Positions 39,104 to 49,243 are shown, counted from the first letter of the stretch. The stretch is 64,000 bases of DNA from Dehalococcoidia bacterium (GCA_020353235.1 CP070693.1:836844-900843), one strand, 5' to 3'. A program made the numbers and translations. The notes: generated by a model not told the origin, from the letters alone.

Positions 39104-39466
39104 ATGACTGGGAGCGGTAGGCTGGAAGCAATAGAGGTTGCCCGCAAGGCAGTAGAAGCGGCTAGCGATAAGCAGGCTAGTGATATTTTGCTTTTGGATA
39201 CCCGCCAGGTATGTGGTTTTGCTGACTATTTTGTCATCTGCAGCGGCGACTCCGGCCGGCAGATTCAGGCGATTTATGATGAAGTCGGTCATTCCCTGAA
39301 GAAAAGTGGCATTCGGCCGCACCATGCTGAGGGTGCCTTGGACTCAGGCTGGCTCCTGCTTGATTTTGGCGATGTAATTGTGCACATTTTTGCCCTCGAC
39401 GAGCGGGATTATTATCAACTGGATAAGCTGTGGAGCCAAGCAGTCCCGGTACTCCGGGTTCAGTAG
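39104..39466 (+). CDS. rsfS: Ribosome silencing factor RsfS (iojap)
   Basis: 120 aa with DILLLDTRQVCGFADYFVICSGDSGRQIQAI and WLLLDFGDVIVHIF. Confidence 0.9.
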   Translation: MTGSGRLEAIEVARKAVEAASDKQASDILLLDTRQVCGFADYFVICSGDSGRQIQAIYDEVGHSLKKSGIRPHHAEGALDSGWLLLDFGDVIVHIFALDERDYYQLDKLWSQAVPVLRVQ

Positions 39467-39879
39467 TCCCCGATTTCATCCTCATTGAAGAAGAGCCCGA
39501 TTTCCTTCCCGGCAGTCTCAACTGAGTCCGAACCATGAACGGCGTTGTGTTCAATATTTAGGCCGAAATCAGCCCTGATGGTGCCGGCTTCAGCCTTGGC
39601 CGGGTCAGTTGCCCCCATTGCCTTTCTGATTACGGCGATGGCATTTTCCCCGGCAAAAACGGCGGCCACAATTGGCGCCGAGCTGATGTAATCTACCAGA
39701 CCCTGAAAGAAGGGCTTGTCCTTATGGATGGCATAGTGTTTTTGGGCCAGGGCTTTATCCATCTGAAGCCTCTTGAAGGCGACCAGCTTAAGCCCCTCCC
39801 CCTCCAGGCGGGCGATAATAGCGCTGTCTAACCCCCGCTGCATGGCATCCGGCTTGATGAGAACTAAAGACCTCTCCAT
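39460..39879 (-). CDS. ndk: Nucleoside diphosphate kinase
   Basis: 139 aa with MERSLVLIKPDAMQRGL and NAVHGSDS (active-site His). Confidence 0.95.
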   Translation of the reverse strand: MERSLVLIKPDAMQRGLDSAIIARLEGEGLKLVAFKRLQMDKALAQKHYAIHKDKPFFQGLVDYISSAPIVAAVFAGENAIAVIRKAMGATDPAKAEAGTIRADFGLNIEHNAVHGSDSVETAGKEIGLFFNEDEIGDY

Positions 39880-39909
39880 TTAAAGCTCCTGTTATTTAAT
39901 TAATAAGCC

Positions 39910-40617
39910 TCAATTTGTTTCCGGCTCACTTATTATTCTTTGCCGCTTCTTCGGCTGGGTAATCGGTGGTCGCCTGAGATAAAGGGGTTGCAGGGTGGTC
40001 AGGTCATCATACTGGCCAGCCTTAAGCCGTTTCAGTCCCAGCTCAGCTAAAGAAACCGCCCGGCACAGGGTGGGGGCAGGGGATATTAGTATCGCTTTGG
40101 ACTTGAGCCGGCTTCTTATCTGCCGGGCAGTGTCGGGGGTTATTTCGCCGCAAAATATAGTTTGGCTGTTTATTAGGGCACCTAGCGCTTCAGTGGTGGT
40201 GATGTGCTCGGCAACCAGCTGGCACCACTGCTGGCGCTGCTGGTACAGGGCGGTGGCAATCTCGCCCCGCCCGGCATTAAATACGGGGCAGACGGGCAGG
40301 CCGGTCTCGGCGTGGGGATAGGCGGCGGCCTCTAAAGTGCTGATGCCGATAATGGGACATCCCAGGCTGAAGGCTAGCCCCTTGGTAGTGCTGATGCCCG
40401 CCCGCAGCCCGTTGAAGCTGCCCGGTCCTTTAGCGACAATAATGGCGCTGACCATCTCTAGCCTCGCTTCAACCTGAGTGAGCAGCTGGAACAGGTGGGG
40501 CAGCAGTTCGGTGGTATGGCTCAGCTGGCACTGCCAGCTGAGTTCGGCCAGCACCCGGCTATCCTGAACGATAGCAATACTGGCGGTTTCGGTTGAGGTG
40601 TCTATGGCCAGTTGCAT
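39910..40617 (-). CDS. tsaB: tRNA t6A37 biosynthesis protein TsaB
   Basis: 235 aa with LAIDTSTETASIAIV...VAKGPGSFNGLRAGISTTKGLA. Confidence 0.85.
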   Translation of the reverse strand: MQLAIDTSTETASIAIVQDSRVLAELSWQCQLSHTTELLPHLFQLLTQVEARLEMVSAIIVAKGPGSFNGLRAGISTTKGLAFSLGCPIIGISTLEAAAYPHAETGLPVCPVFNAGRGEIATALYQQRQQWCQLVAEHITTTEALGALINSQTIFCGEITPDTARQIRSRLKSKAILISPAPTLCRAVSLAELGLKRLKAGQYDDLTTLQPLYLRRPPITQPKKRQRIISEPETN

Positions 40618-41096
40618 TAGTTTTGCCTTCCCAGAGAGCGTTTTAGCTGGGCGAGCATATCCCGGTAGCGCCTGCCGTCGGGTTTGAAGTTGAGGCAGCG
40701 CTCGGTATCAGCAAGGTAGTCAATTTCAATCAGCAGGTATTCGGTGGGCAGTTCACTGAACCCCTTCTCGGCCCATTCCACGACACAGACGCCCTTTCCG
40801 TAGAGGTATTCATCCAGCCCCAGCTCGGCAATCTCGGCGGTCTGGTCAAGGCGATAGAGGTCAATGTGGTAAAGCGGCAGTCTGCCGTAAAGCTCCCTGA
40901 CGATAACGAAAGAGGGGCTGAGCACGTAGTCCTTGATATCCAGCCCGCGGGCAATGCCCTGGGTGAAGCAGGTCTTGCCGCTGCCCAGTTTGCCGACCAG
41001 AAGCAAGATATCACCGGCTAGGGCCAGCCTTCCGAGGTGAACGCCAAGCTCCTGGGTCTGCTCCGGGCTATGACTGATTAACTCGAGGTGGCTCAT
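40617..41096 (-). CDS. tsaE: tRNA t6A37 biosynthesis ATPase TsaE
   Basis: 159 aa with P-loop GKLGSGKTCFTQGIARGL, then SPSFVIV..Y and HIDLYRL. Confidence 0.9.
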   Translation of the reverse strand: MSHLELISHSPEQTQELGVHLGRLALAGDILLLVGKLGSGKTCFTQGIARGLDIKDYVLSPSFVIVRELYGRLPLYHIDLYRLDQTAEIAELGLDEYLYGKGVCVVEWAEKGFSELPTEYLLIEIDYLADTERCLNFKPDGRRYRDMLAQLKRSLGRQN

Positions 41097-41130
41097 ATCT
41101 TTTCCCGGTGATGGATTGGGTGGCTATTCT

Positions 41131-42141
41131 CTATCGGGCGGCAAAGTGGTCCCAGCCGGTTTTGCCCAGGTCAAAGGGCCTGTCCTGGCTATCAATCAGG
41201 GCTATCTCCGTCTTGCCGGCCACGATTTCACCAATTATAGTTACCGGGCAGGCAATAGCCTGTTTTACCCTGGCTATAACCTCACTGCTGGCGGTAAAGA
41301 GCAGTTCGTAGTCCTCGCCGCCGGCCAGGGCCAGTTTAAGTGCCTGGTCACTGAGGTTATCGCTGACCAAGGGCAGAATCGGCACATGGTCAATCTCTAC
41401 GTGTGCCCCGACCCGGCTGGCCTGGCAGATATGATTTAAATCGGAAAGCAGGCCATCGCTGATATCGATGGCGGTCTTAACCCCATTTGCCACCAGCGTC
41501 TGTCCTTCGGCGATGCGGGGGTTGGGCTGGCGGAAGGCTCTGGTTAGGATAGCGCTGGCTTCAGCCTCAGCCTGAGCCTGCCCCTTGAGTATGGCCAAAC
41601 CGGCAGCGGCAGTGCCGAGGTAGCCGGTAACGGCTATTTTCTCACCGGGCCTGGCGGTGGCGCGGGTGAGTATATGCTTGGCCTGGCCTGAGGCGCTGCC
41701 GAGGACGGTAATATTAATCATTACCTGGGGGGCATTGGTGACATTGCCGCCGACAATGGCAACCTTGAACTTCTCGGCGAGCTCAATCATTCCCTGGTAC
41801 ATGAGAGAGACATCGTCAACTTCGGTAGTCCCGGGCAGGGCGAGGGATACCAGGACATATCTGGGTATTCCACCCATAGCGGCGATGTCACTCAGGTTGA
41901 CTGCGAGCGCCTTCCAGCCCGTTTCCCGCCAGGGAAGCAGACCGGCGGGAAAGTGAACCCCCTCAATAAGAGAGTCAACCGTGGCCAGCTGTATTGAGGT
42001 GTCGCCCTGCCAGGCAGTGGCATCATCGCCGATATCAACGATGAGCTTTTGCCCGGGGGCAGACGCCTTGCTCCGGGAATGGGTAACCATTTCCGCCATG
42101 AGGTCAATCAGCCCGAACTCTCCCAGTTCCGAGACCTTCAT
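41131..42141 (-). CDS. thiL: Thiamine-monophosphate kinase
   Basis: 336 aa with GEFGLID, IGDDAT, an AIR-synthase-like fold pattern and DISDGLLSDL. Confidence 0.9.
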   Translation of the reverse strand: MKVSELGEFGLIDLMAEMVTHSRSKASAPGQKLIVDIGDDATAWQGDTSIQLATVDSLIEGVHFPAGLLPWRETGWKALAVNLSDIAAMGGIPRYVLVSLALPGTTEVDDVSLMYQGMIELAEKFKVAIVGGNVTNAPQVMINITVLGSASGQAKHILTRATARPGEKIAVTGYLGTAAAGLAILKGQAQAEAEASAILTRAFRQPNPRIAEGQTLVANGVKTAIDISDGLLSDLNHICQASRVGAHVEIDHVPILPLVSDNLSDQALKLALAGGEDYELLFTASSEVIARVKQAIACPVTIIGEIVAGKTEIALIDSQDRPFDLGKTGWDHFAAR

Positions 42142-42224
42142 CGCAGGGTTGATTATAGCACGCCCTTCATTTGGCTCACAACTTGACTCTAGCCATAAAA
42201 AAGCAAAGGTGTTATAGTCAATAG

Positions 42225-42959
42225 GTGCGTTATGCCTTGATGGCTGATATTCACTCTAACCTGGCCGCCTTCCAGTCAGTGCTGGGTGATGTTGCCGTGA
42301 GGGGTGGGGTGGCTGAAATCTGGTGCCTGGGGGACGTGGTCGGCTACGGCCCTGACCCCGGCCAGTGTATCGAGCTGCTTGGTCAATATGAGCACGTCTG
42401 TGTTGCCGGCAACCATGACTGGGCGGCGATAAACAAGCTGGATACCGCCTACTTCAATCCCCCCGCCGCCGCTGCCTGTCACTGGACGGCACAGCAGCTA
42501 ACTGATGAGGATAGGGACTATCTTGCCCATCTGCCCCTAACTATCAAGAAGGGTGATTTTACGCTGGTGCACGGCAGCCCCCGCGAGCCTATCTGGGAAT
42601 ACCTGCTGTCAGTGGGGGAGGCTGAGGAAAACCGGGCTCGCTTCAAGACGAAGTTCTGTCTGGTGGGACATTCCCATGTGCCGCTGGTCTTCAAGTATAG
42701 TGAAGGCAGCCGTTGCTCCCTCAGTCCGCTGTCGGATGGGGAAGAGGTAGTGCTGGGTGAAGCTCGACTGATTATCAACCCAGGTGGGGTGGGGCAACCC
42801 CGCGATGGCGACCCCAGGGCCAGCTATGCCATCTATGACGAGGAGACCAGAATGGTAACGCTGCACCGGGTTGCCTATGATATTAAGGCTACCCAGAAAA
42901 AGATGATAAAGCAGGGCTTGCCCATGCCTCTGGTGACCCGTTTGAGCTACGGGATGTAA
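42225..42959 (+). CDS. Metallophosphoesterase (calcineurin-like, YfcE/MJ0936-type)
   Basis: 244 aa with a GTG start. Motifs are DIHSN, GDVVGYGPDP, GNHD and GHSH. Confidence 0.8.
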   Translation: MRYALMADIHSNLAAFQSVLGDVAVRGGVAEIWCLGDVVGYGPDPGQCIELLGQYEHVCVAGNHDWAAINKLDTAYFNPPAAAACHWTAQQLTDEDRDYLAHLPLTIKKGDFTLVHGSPREPIWEYLLSVGEAEENRARFKTKFCLVGHSHVPLVFKYSEGSRCSLSPLSDGEEVVLGEARLIINPGGVGQPRDGDPRASYAIYDEETRMVTLHRVAYDIKATQKKMIKQGLPMPLVTRLSYGM

Positions 42960-42962
42960 CCG

Positions 42963-43835
42963 ATGACCAAGAAGCCAGTCCGCAGAGTATTACCGGAGGA
43001 GTCGCTTTTACCGCAGACTAGGCGGTTGCTGCGCCGCTTTGGCCTTCAGGCGAGAAAGGGGCTGGGGCAGCACTTTCTCATTGATGAAGAGGTGCTCAAG
43101 CGCATTGTTGCCTCGGCCGAGCTTTCCGCCGGTGATGTTGTCCTGGAGATAGGCCCCGGTCTGGGGATGCTGACCGGAGAGCTGGCCAGTAAAGCGAGGC
43201 GGGTGGTGGCTATTGAGCTGGATAATAAATTGGCCGCCGTATTAAAAAAAATGCTGGCTTCTTTCAATAATGTGGCTATCGTCAACGCCGATATCCTTGA
43301 CCTTGACCCGGCGCAGCTGATACCGAAACAAACTGGCTACAAGGTTGTCGCCAATCTGCCTTACTATATTGCCTCGGCGGTGTTGCGCCATTTTCTGGAG
43401 GCTTCGCTCAAACCGAAAACAATGGTGGTTATGGTGCAGAAAGAAGTAGCCGAGGCGATTGCGGCTAAACCCGGCCGTATGAGCCTGCTCAGTGTCAGTG
43501 TGCAGTTCTACGGGCAGCCGGAGATAGTAGACTATGTGCCGGCGCACTGTTTCTACCCCCCGCCGGAGGTAGACTCGGCGGTACTGCGCATTGACCTTTA
43601 TCCCCGGCCGGCGGTAGCGGTAGCTGATGAAAAGGGCTTTTTTGAGCTGGTGCGGGCTGGCTTTACTGCTTCCCGCAAGCAGATAGGCAACTCTCTGGCT
43701 CAGGGGCTGGATATGCCCAAGACCGAGGTCTTATCTCTATTGGCAAAAGCCAATATTATATCCCAGCGGCGGGCGGAGACACTGAATCTGGAGGAGTGGG
43801 GCGTATTATGGCGGGTATTCAAGGCGGGGAAATAA
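42963..43835 (+). CDS. rsmA: 16S rRNA (adenine1518/1519-N6)-dimethyltransferase
   Basis: 290 aa with GQHFLIDEEVL, EIGPGLGMLT and NLPYYI. Confidence 0.95.
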   Translation: MTKKPVRRVLPEESLLPQTRRLLRRFGLQARKGLGQHFLIDEEVLKRIVASAELSAGDVVLEIGPGLGMLTGELASKARRVVAIELDNKLAAVLKKMLASFNNVAIVNADILDLDPAQLIPKQTGYKVVANLPYYIASAVLRHFLEASLKPKTMVVMVQKEVAEAIAAKPGRMSLLSVSVQFYGQPEIVDYVPAHCFYPPPEVDSAVLRIDLYPRPAVAVADEKGFFELVRAGFTASRKQIGNSLAQGLDMPKTEVLSLLAKANIISQRRAETLNLEEWGVLWRVFKAGK

Positions 43836-43836
43836 T

Positions 43837-44700
43837 ATGCTGACAGTTCCAGCACCAGCCAAGATAAACCTGACCCTTGAGGTCCTGGCTGAGCGGGGGG
43901 ATGGCTTCCACGAAATCCGCAGTGTGATGCAGGCGGTGAGCCTGTGTGATAAGCTCCACTTCCGCCCCAGTCGGGAAGTCGGCTTAAAGAGTGATATGCC
44001 CGGCTGGGTTGTCCAGGAGAGCCTGGTGGCCAAAGCTGTCGATTTGGTAAGAGAGACCACCGGGTGCGGTAAATGGGTTGAGATAGATATTGAAAAACAC
44101 ATTCCCCTGTTGTCGGGGCTGGGTGGGGATAGCAGCGATGCCGCCGCTGTCTTGCGCGGGCTCAACCAGCTCTGGGGGCTGGGTCTATCTCAAAGTGAAC
44201 TGGTTGAGATGGCGACCCGGCTGGGTTCTGATGTTGCCTTCTTTCTCTACGGGGGCACGGTGCTGGTCGGAGGCAGGGGAGAGATGGTAACCCCGCTGCC
44301 TCCCTTACCTCGTAGCCGGGTTGTCTTAGTGCTGCCCTCGGTAGCCAGACCGCCGCGGAAGACAGCACAGCTTTACGCTAACCTTAAAACCAGTGATTAC
44401 AGCGACGGGCAGATTACGCAGAGACTGGTGGCGGTGCTGAAGGCGGGGAGGGCACTTGAAGCGGCACGGCTGTTCAATGTCTTTGACCGTATCGCCCCGG
44501 CCCAGTTTGCCGGGCTGGATAAATACCGGGAGCAGATGATGAGTCTCGGTGCCACCGATGTTCACCTGGCCGGTTCCGGGCCAGCCCTGTTTACTCTGCT
44601 AGAAGATAAAGCTCGGGCGGAAGAGCTATATCACTATTTCCAGCAGCAGGGATGGGAGGCTTATTTGGCCGAGACCGTGGCTGAAATAGACAATATATAG
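43837..44700 (+). CDS. ispE: 4-diphosphocytidyl-2-C-methyl-D-erythritol kinase
   Basis: 287 aa with PAKINLTLEV and the GHMP motif GLGGDSSDAAA. Confidence 0.9.
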   Translation: MLTVPAPAKINLTLEVLAERGDGFHEIRSVMQAVSLCDKLHFRPSREVGLKSDMPGWVVQESLVAKAVDLVRETTGCGKWVEIDIEKHIPLLSGLGGDSSDAAAVLRGLNQLWGLGLSQSELVEMATRLGSDVAFFLYGGTVLVGGRGEMVTPLPPLPRSRVVLVLPSVARPPRKTAQLYANLKTSDYSDGQITQRLVAVLKAGRALEAARLFNVFDRIAPAQFAGLDKYREQMMSLGATDVHLAGSGPALFTLLEDKARAEELYHYFQQQGWEAYLAETVAEIDNI

Positions 44701-44752
44701 CTCAAAAACCTATAATGATTTCAGTGAGTCTTGCTAGCAGCGGAGGTGTTTA

Positions 44753-45256
44753 ATGGGAAACACTCAGGATAATTTACAGGCTACTTTTGCCGGCGAGAGC
44801 CAGGCTAACCGCCGTTATCTTTTCTTTGCCGAAAAGGCGGAAGAAGAAGGCCAGCCCCAGGTAGCTAAATTATTCCGGGCGGTGGCGGAGGCGGAAACGG
44901 TTCATGCCCGCAACCACCTGAAGGTTATGGGTGAGGTAAAGTCAACCCAAGAGAACCTGGCGGAAGCCATCAGCGGGGAGAACTATGAATTCAGCCAGAT
45001 GTACCCCGCTTTTATTGAGCAGGCTACCGCCGAGCAAAATAAGGACGCCCGCATTAGTTTCAGCTATGCCAATAAAGTGGAGAAGATTCATCACGGGCTA
45101 TATCAAGAGGCACTGGATGCGGTTAAGTCAGGTCAAAAGCTGACTGATGCGCCTTACTTTGTCTGTCAGGTCTGTGGCTATACCGTGGTCGGGGAAGCCC
45201 CCGGCTCCTGCCCCGTCTGCGGCGCCTCCAGCGAAGAGTTCAAGTGGGTGGACTAG
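44753..45256 (+). CDS. rbr: Rubrerythrin
   Basis: 167 aa with a diiron four-helix-bundle region (E..A...Y, EAETVHA) and a C-terminal rubredoxin-like CQVCG...CPVCG. Confidence 0.9.
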   Translation: MGNTQDNLQATFAGESQANRRYLFFAEKAEEEGQPQVAKLFRAVAEAETVHARNHLKVMGEVKSTQENLAEAISGENYEFSQMYPAFIEQATAEQNKDARISFSYANKVEKIHHGLYQEALDAVKSGQKLTDAPYFVCQVCGYTVVGEAPGSCPVCGASSEEFKWVD

Positions 45257-46511
45257 GAGAACCTTTTAGACACCCCTTGACCAAGTCTATCTCCCCCTGT
45301 TTAGAGGCTACTTTGCCATCCAGGCTTGCCTCGTGGAGGTGGTGCAGAATCTCTTTGATTTTCGGTCCCGGGGGGATGCCCATTTTCAGTAGGTCGTCGC
45401 CGGTGAGGGCAGACTTGACATAACGCAATTTGTCCCGGAATAGCTGGAGATGCTGGCGGGGGATAGGGGCTTCACTAGCCAGCCAGTTGGCGGTAAGAGC
45501 TACTGGAGAAAAGCCATGAAGCAGCCAGTAAATACGGCTTGGCTTGAGCCCGGGGTCAGCCAGAGAATCAAGCCCGGCTTTGAGTTTAATCGTATCGCTG
45601 AGGGGCTGGGCGACCCGCTTGGGCAGGCGGAGATAATAAACCAGCCCTTCAATTTCGGCTGAATTCAGGTGGTAAAACCATAGCGACAGATAGAGGGCGA
45701 TTGGTGGCAAATCGGGAGCACTGCTTTGTCGTGCCTCTCTGAACTTTTCCGCCAGCCCGCCATCGCCCCTGAGCGATGGCTGCAATCTGGCTAATGCGCC
45801 CAGCTCTTCCGCCCGGCGCAGCACTTTCTCCGGTAGTTCTTCCTTGAAGATACACTCCAGCTCACAGCGGATGCGGTCGCCGCTGATGGTGGCCAGCATG
45901 GATATGTCTCGCTTAAGCAGTTTCAGGGTAGCTGCTTCCAGATGGAAGTCCAGTCTCTGCTCGTAGCGCAACCCGCGCCAGATGCGGGTGGCGTCATCAC
46001 TAAAGCTCTTCTCGTGTAGAATGCGGATGAGCTTGTGTTCAAGATCGTCTTTACCATCATATAAGTCAACCAGTTCGCCATAGTGGGTGGGGTTAAGGTG
46101 AACCGCCATGGCGTTAATGGTGAAGTCGCGCCGGAAGAGGTCGCTTTCGATAGAGCCCGGCTTCACACGGGGTAGGGCACCGGGTTGGGGATAGGTCTCG
46201 GAGCGGGCGGTGGTTAAATCAACACTCCATCGGTCCCACTGGAGCTTGGCGGTGCCGAAGTGGGGGTGGGTGGTCAGTTTCATTGCCTCAGGCTGGTGTA
46301 GTTGCTTGGCCAGATTGATGGCATTGCCCTCCAGCACCAGGTCAAGGTCAAAGTTGGCTTTTGCCAGGAGTAGGTCGCGGACCACACCACCAACAAGATA
46401 TAGGTTTTGCCCCTGACTAGCGGCAATTTTGCCCGCCGCCTGCATGAAGTTGACCAGCTCAGCCGGTAGCTGTTGCTTAATTTGACCGGATAGCTTAATT
46501 TTGTTGACCAT
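45240..46511 (-). CDS. cca: CCA-adding enzyme / poly(A) polymerase-family tRNA nucleotidyltransferase
   Basis: 423 aa with head-domain motif YLVGGVVRDLLL...DLDLV and RRDFTINAMA. Confidence 0.8.
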   Translation of the reverse strand: MVNKIKLSGQIKQQLPAELVNFMQAAGKIAASQGQNLYLVGGVVRDLLLAKANFDLDLVLEGNAINLAKQLHQPEAMKLTTHPHFGTAKLQWDRWSVDLTTARSETYPQPGALPRVKPGSIESDLFRRDFTINAMAVHLNPTHYGELVDLYDGKDDLEHKLIRILHEKSFSDDATRIWRGLRYEQRLDFHLEAATLKLLKRDISMLATISGDRIRCELECIFKEELPEKVLRRAEELGALARLQPSLRGDGGLAEKFREARQSSAPDLPPIALYLSLWFYHLNSAEIEGLVYYLRLPKRVAQPLSDTIKLKAGLDSLADPGLKPSRIYWLLHGFSPVALTANWLASEAPIPRQHLQLFRDKLRYVKSALTGDDLLKMGIPPGPKIKEILHHLHEASLDGKVASKQGEIDLVKGCLKGSPSPPT

Positions 46512-46634
46512 TTTATAGTAAATCGGTTATAGATTTGCCCGAATTATAGCACAGGTTGATATTGAGTTCACCACAGCTTTAGCCATTGTTATTTGCTGGC
46601 TATTTTCTTATAATTAACCCAATCTAGGTGGCTA

Positions 46635-47180
46635 ATGATGAAGGTGATCTCAATCGTGGGCATGGCCGGCGCCGGTAAAACCGAGGTGGCCAGTGTATTT
46701 GAGAAGCACGGCTTTAAACGAATAAGATTTGGTGATATTACCGACGAGGAGATAAAAAAGCGGGGTTTGACCCTCAACGAAGCTAGTGAGTGTCTGGTCA
46801 GAGAGCAGTTGAGACAGGAACAAGGGATGGACGCCTATGCCAAGCTGAATCTAGCCAGAATTGATGAAGCCCTAAAATATGCTGATGTGGCTATTGACGG
46901 ACTCTACTCTTGGGAGGAGTATATTTTTCTGAAAGAGTATTATGGCCCGAATTTTTATGTGGTCGCTGTTTGGTCAACGCCGGAGACAAGATATGCCCGG
47001 CTCACTGGTCGGCAGAACCGCAGCCTGACCTTAGAAGAGGCTATAAGTAGAGATAGGGAAGAAATAGAGGAAATAAAAAAGGGTGGGCCGATCGCTATGG
47101 CGGACTTTACTATTATAAACGAGTCCTCTCTGCAGGAATTAAGGAAACAGACGGAGAAAGTTATAGCCGGGTTAAAATGA
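46635..47180 (+). CDS. P-loop nucleotide/nucleoside kinase-like protein (CoaE/UPF0200-like)
   Basis: 181 aa with Walker A GMAGAGKT. Its stop overlaps the dCMP deaminase start (ATGA at 47177-47180). Confidence 0.6.
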   Translation: MMKVISIVGMAGAGKTEVASVFEKHGFKRIRFGDITDEEIKKRGLTLNEASECLVREQLRQEQGMDAYAKLNLARIDEALKYADVAIDGLYSWEEYIFLKEYYGPNFYVVAVWSTPETRYARLTGRQNRSLTLEEAISRDREEIEEIKKGGPIAMADFTIINESSLQELRKQTEKVIAGLK

Positions 47181-47659
47181 AGCAAGTAACCAGACCGGAT
47201 ACCGATGAGTATTTTCTGAAGATAGCCCTGGTGGTGGCGGAGCGCTCCACCTGCCGGCGGCATCATGTGGGCGCGGTGGCGGTGAAGAACAAGCATATCC
47301 TGGCTACGGGCTATAACGGTGCCCCCGCTGGGCTTAAAGATTGCCTGGAGCTGGGCTGTCTGCGCAATGAGATGAACATACCCTCGGGGACAAGGCATGA
47401 AATATGCCGCGGTATCCATGCCGAACAGAATGTAATCATACAGGCCTCCCTTCATGGCGTCAGCCTTGAGGGGAGCACTATTTATTGTACTCACACCCCA
47501 TGCAATTTATGTGCTAAAATGCTGGTAAATGCCAAGATAGGGCGTCTGGTCAGCTTTGGCGAATATGATGACAGCGCCTTTATCGATCTGTTCCAGCAGG
47601 CGGACATTAAAGTTGACATAAAGAAAAGACCACGATTGCAAATCAGCTATCTGGATTAA
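47177..47659 (+). CDS. Deoxycytidylate (dCMP) deaminase, ComEB-type
   Basis: 160 aa with zinc motifs HAEQN and TPCNLCAKML. Confidence 0.9.
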   Translation: MKQVTRPDTDEYFLKIALVVAERSTCRRHHVGAVAVKNKHILATGYNGAPAGLKDCLELGCLRNEMNIPSGTRHEICRGIHAEQNVIIQASLHGVSLEGSTIYCTHTPCNLCAKMLVNAKIGRLVSFGEYDDSAFIDLFQQADIKVDIKKRPRLQISYLD

Positions 47660-47692
47660 GCGCCGGGCTTAAGAGTGGAGAGGGGGTGGCTA

Positions 47693-48604
47693 ATGGTAAA
47701 GCCGCAGGTTAAGGTAATTATTAATCCGGCGGCAGGCGCCTACTCAACGCGCCGCAAGTGGCCTCGTATCAATCGGTGGTTAAGAAAAGTCGGTTTATTA
47801 TTTGACCAGGTGTTCACTGAGGAAATGGGGCATGCCATGGAGCTGGCCAAGGCAGCGGTCAGCAATGGTTACCGCCGCATTGTGGCCGTCGGTGGCGACG
47901 GCACGGTAAATGAAGTAGTCAACGGGGTGCTTGCCTCCGGCGCAAGCGGGGTGGCTATCGGGGTGATCAGCACCGGCACCGGCAGTGATTTTATCCGTTC
48001 TGTCGGAATTCCCCGTGATTATAACGATGCCTGCGCCTGCCTGATCGGTCAGCGCAGCCTGCAGATTGACATCGGGGTGGTTGAGTATCAGAGCCAGGGG
48101 CAGATGATGCGGCGCTTTTTTGTCAATGCCGCCGGGGTTGGCTTTGATGCTGCGGTGGTGGCAGCCACGGAGCGCTTCCCTAAGTATATGGGTGGTACCA
48201 TTCCCTATCTGGCCGGACTGTTCGGCTGCCTCTTCAGCTACCGGAATAAGCTGGTAAAGCTCCGCCTTGAAGATGTGGTTGAGGCAAGGCGCGTCTTAGC
48301 GGTGGTAGTTGCCAACGGGGGCTATTTGGGTGGTGGCATGCACATTGCCCCTCTGGCTAAGATTGACGATGGCTTGCTCGATGTGGTCACGATTGACGAT
48401 ATCGGCAAGTTTGAGCTGCTCAAAGAGCTGCCGAGGGTATATAAGGGCACTCACCTTAGCCATCCTAAAGTCAGCCTGTCAAGGACGAAGCACATCACCA
48501 TTGAATCTCCGGAGACGGTTTTAGTCCACGCTGATGGCGAGCTTCTGGGCACATGCCCGGCTTCCTTCTGGCTGGAGCCGGTGGCGCTGAACATCCTGGT
48601 CTAA
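47693..48604 (+). CDS. Diacylglycerol kinase-family lipid kinase (YegS/DagK-like)
   Basis: The start is trimmed to MVKPQVKVIINPAAG, with a GAGGGGGTGG RBS upstream. The signature is VAVGGDGTVNEVVNG. Confidence 0.85.
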   Translation: MVKPQVKVIINPAAGAYSTRRKWPRINRWLRKVGLLFDQVFTEEMGHAMELAKAAVSNGYRRIVAVGGDGTVNEVVNGVLASGASGVAIGVISTGTGSDFIRSVGIPRDYNDACACLIGQRSLQIDIGVVEYQSQGQMMRRFFVNAAGVGFDAAVVAATERFPKYMGGTIPYLAGLFGCLFSYRNKLVKLRLEDVVEARRVLAVVVANGGYLGGGMHIAPLAKIDDGLLDVVTIDDIGKFELLKELPRVYKGTHLSHPKVSLSRTKHITIESPETVLVHADGELLGTCPASFWLEPVALNILV

Positions 48605-48610
48605 AGAGAC

Positions 48611-49123
48611 CTAGATATTCTCCCTCTGATAAGCACCCTGGTAGCCGGCGGTCTTTTGAGTTAATTTCAGGAAAACCAGTTGCACAATCCGGGCGTTGCG
48701 TTGCAGGCGGAAACCCTGCGGGTTATAGACCACCATCAGCGACTGGGCACGACCATGATAGCCGGCATCCCATACCGCGGTGTATATGTTGACACTGCAG
48801 CGGAGCAGGCTTGAGCGGGGGAAAGCCAATGCCATGATGTTATCGGGTAGGTGGACAATCTCATTATAGGTGATAACATAGGCGCCGGGCACCAGTTGGA
48901 TAAAATCAAGCCCGTCAAACATCAGCGGCGCCAAATCGGGCACCAGTCGCTGGGTATCTTTAACCGCTATCCGGCCCGATGCTTGGGGCAGGGCTATCTC
49001 ACGCAGGGTGAGGTCGATGCCATTGGGCTGAAGCTGCTCTTTCAGATTAAAATACTCCTCGATTAGGGGAGGTTTTTGCTTCAGTAGCTTTTGGATATCG
49101 GCCCTGGCCAGAATAACTGTCAT
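48611..49123 (-). CDS. dCTP deaminase / dUTPase family protein (Dcd-Dut trimeric fold)
   Basis: 170 aa with NGIDLTL, AFPRSSLLRCSV....AVWDAGYHGR and RIVQLVF. The deaminase versus dUTPase activity cannot be decided by eye. Confidence 0.75.
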   Translation of the reverse strand: MTVILARADIQKLLKQKPPLIEEYFNLKEQLQPNGIDLTLREIALPQASGRIAVKDTQRLVPDLAPLMFDGLDFIQLVPGAYVITYNEIVHLPDNIMALAFPRSSLLRCSVNIYTAVWDAGYHGRAQSLMVVYNPQGFRLQRNARIVQLVFLKLTQKTAGYQGAYQRENI

Positions 49124-49243
49124 TTCTAATCAAGCATTTTACCATACTGGTAATAACCGTTGTATTGACAAAATGTGTGGATGCTTTATACTTATATCAA
49201 TTGTTTGCTGGCTTCAAACCGACTTGATAAAGAGGAGAGACTA

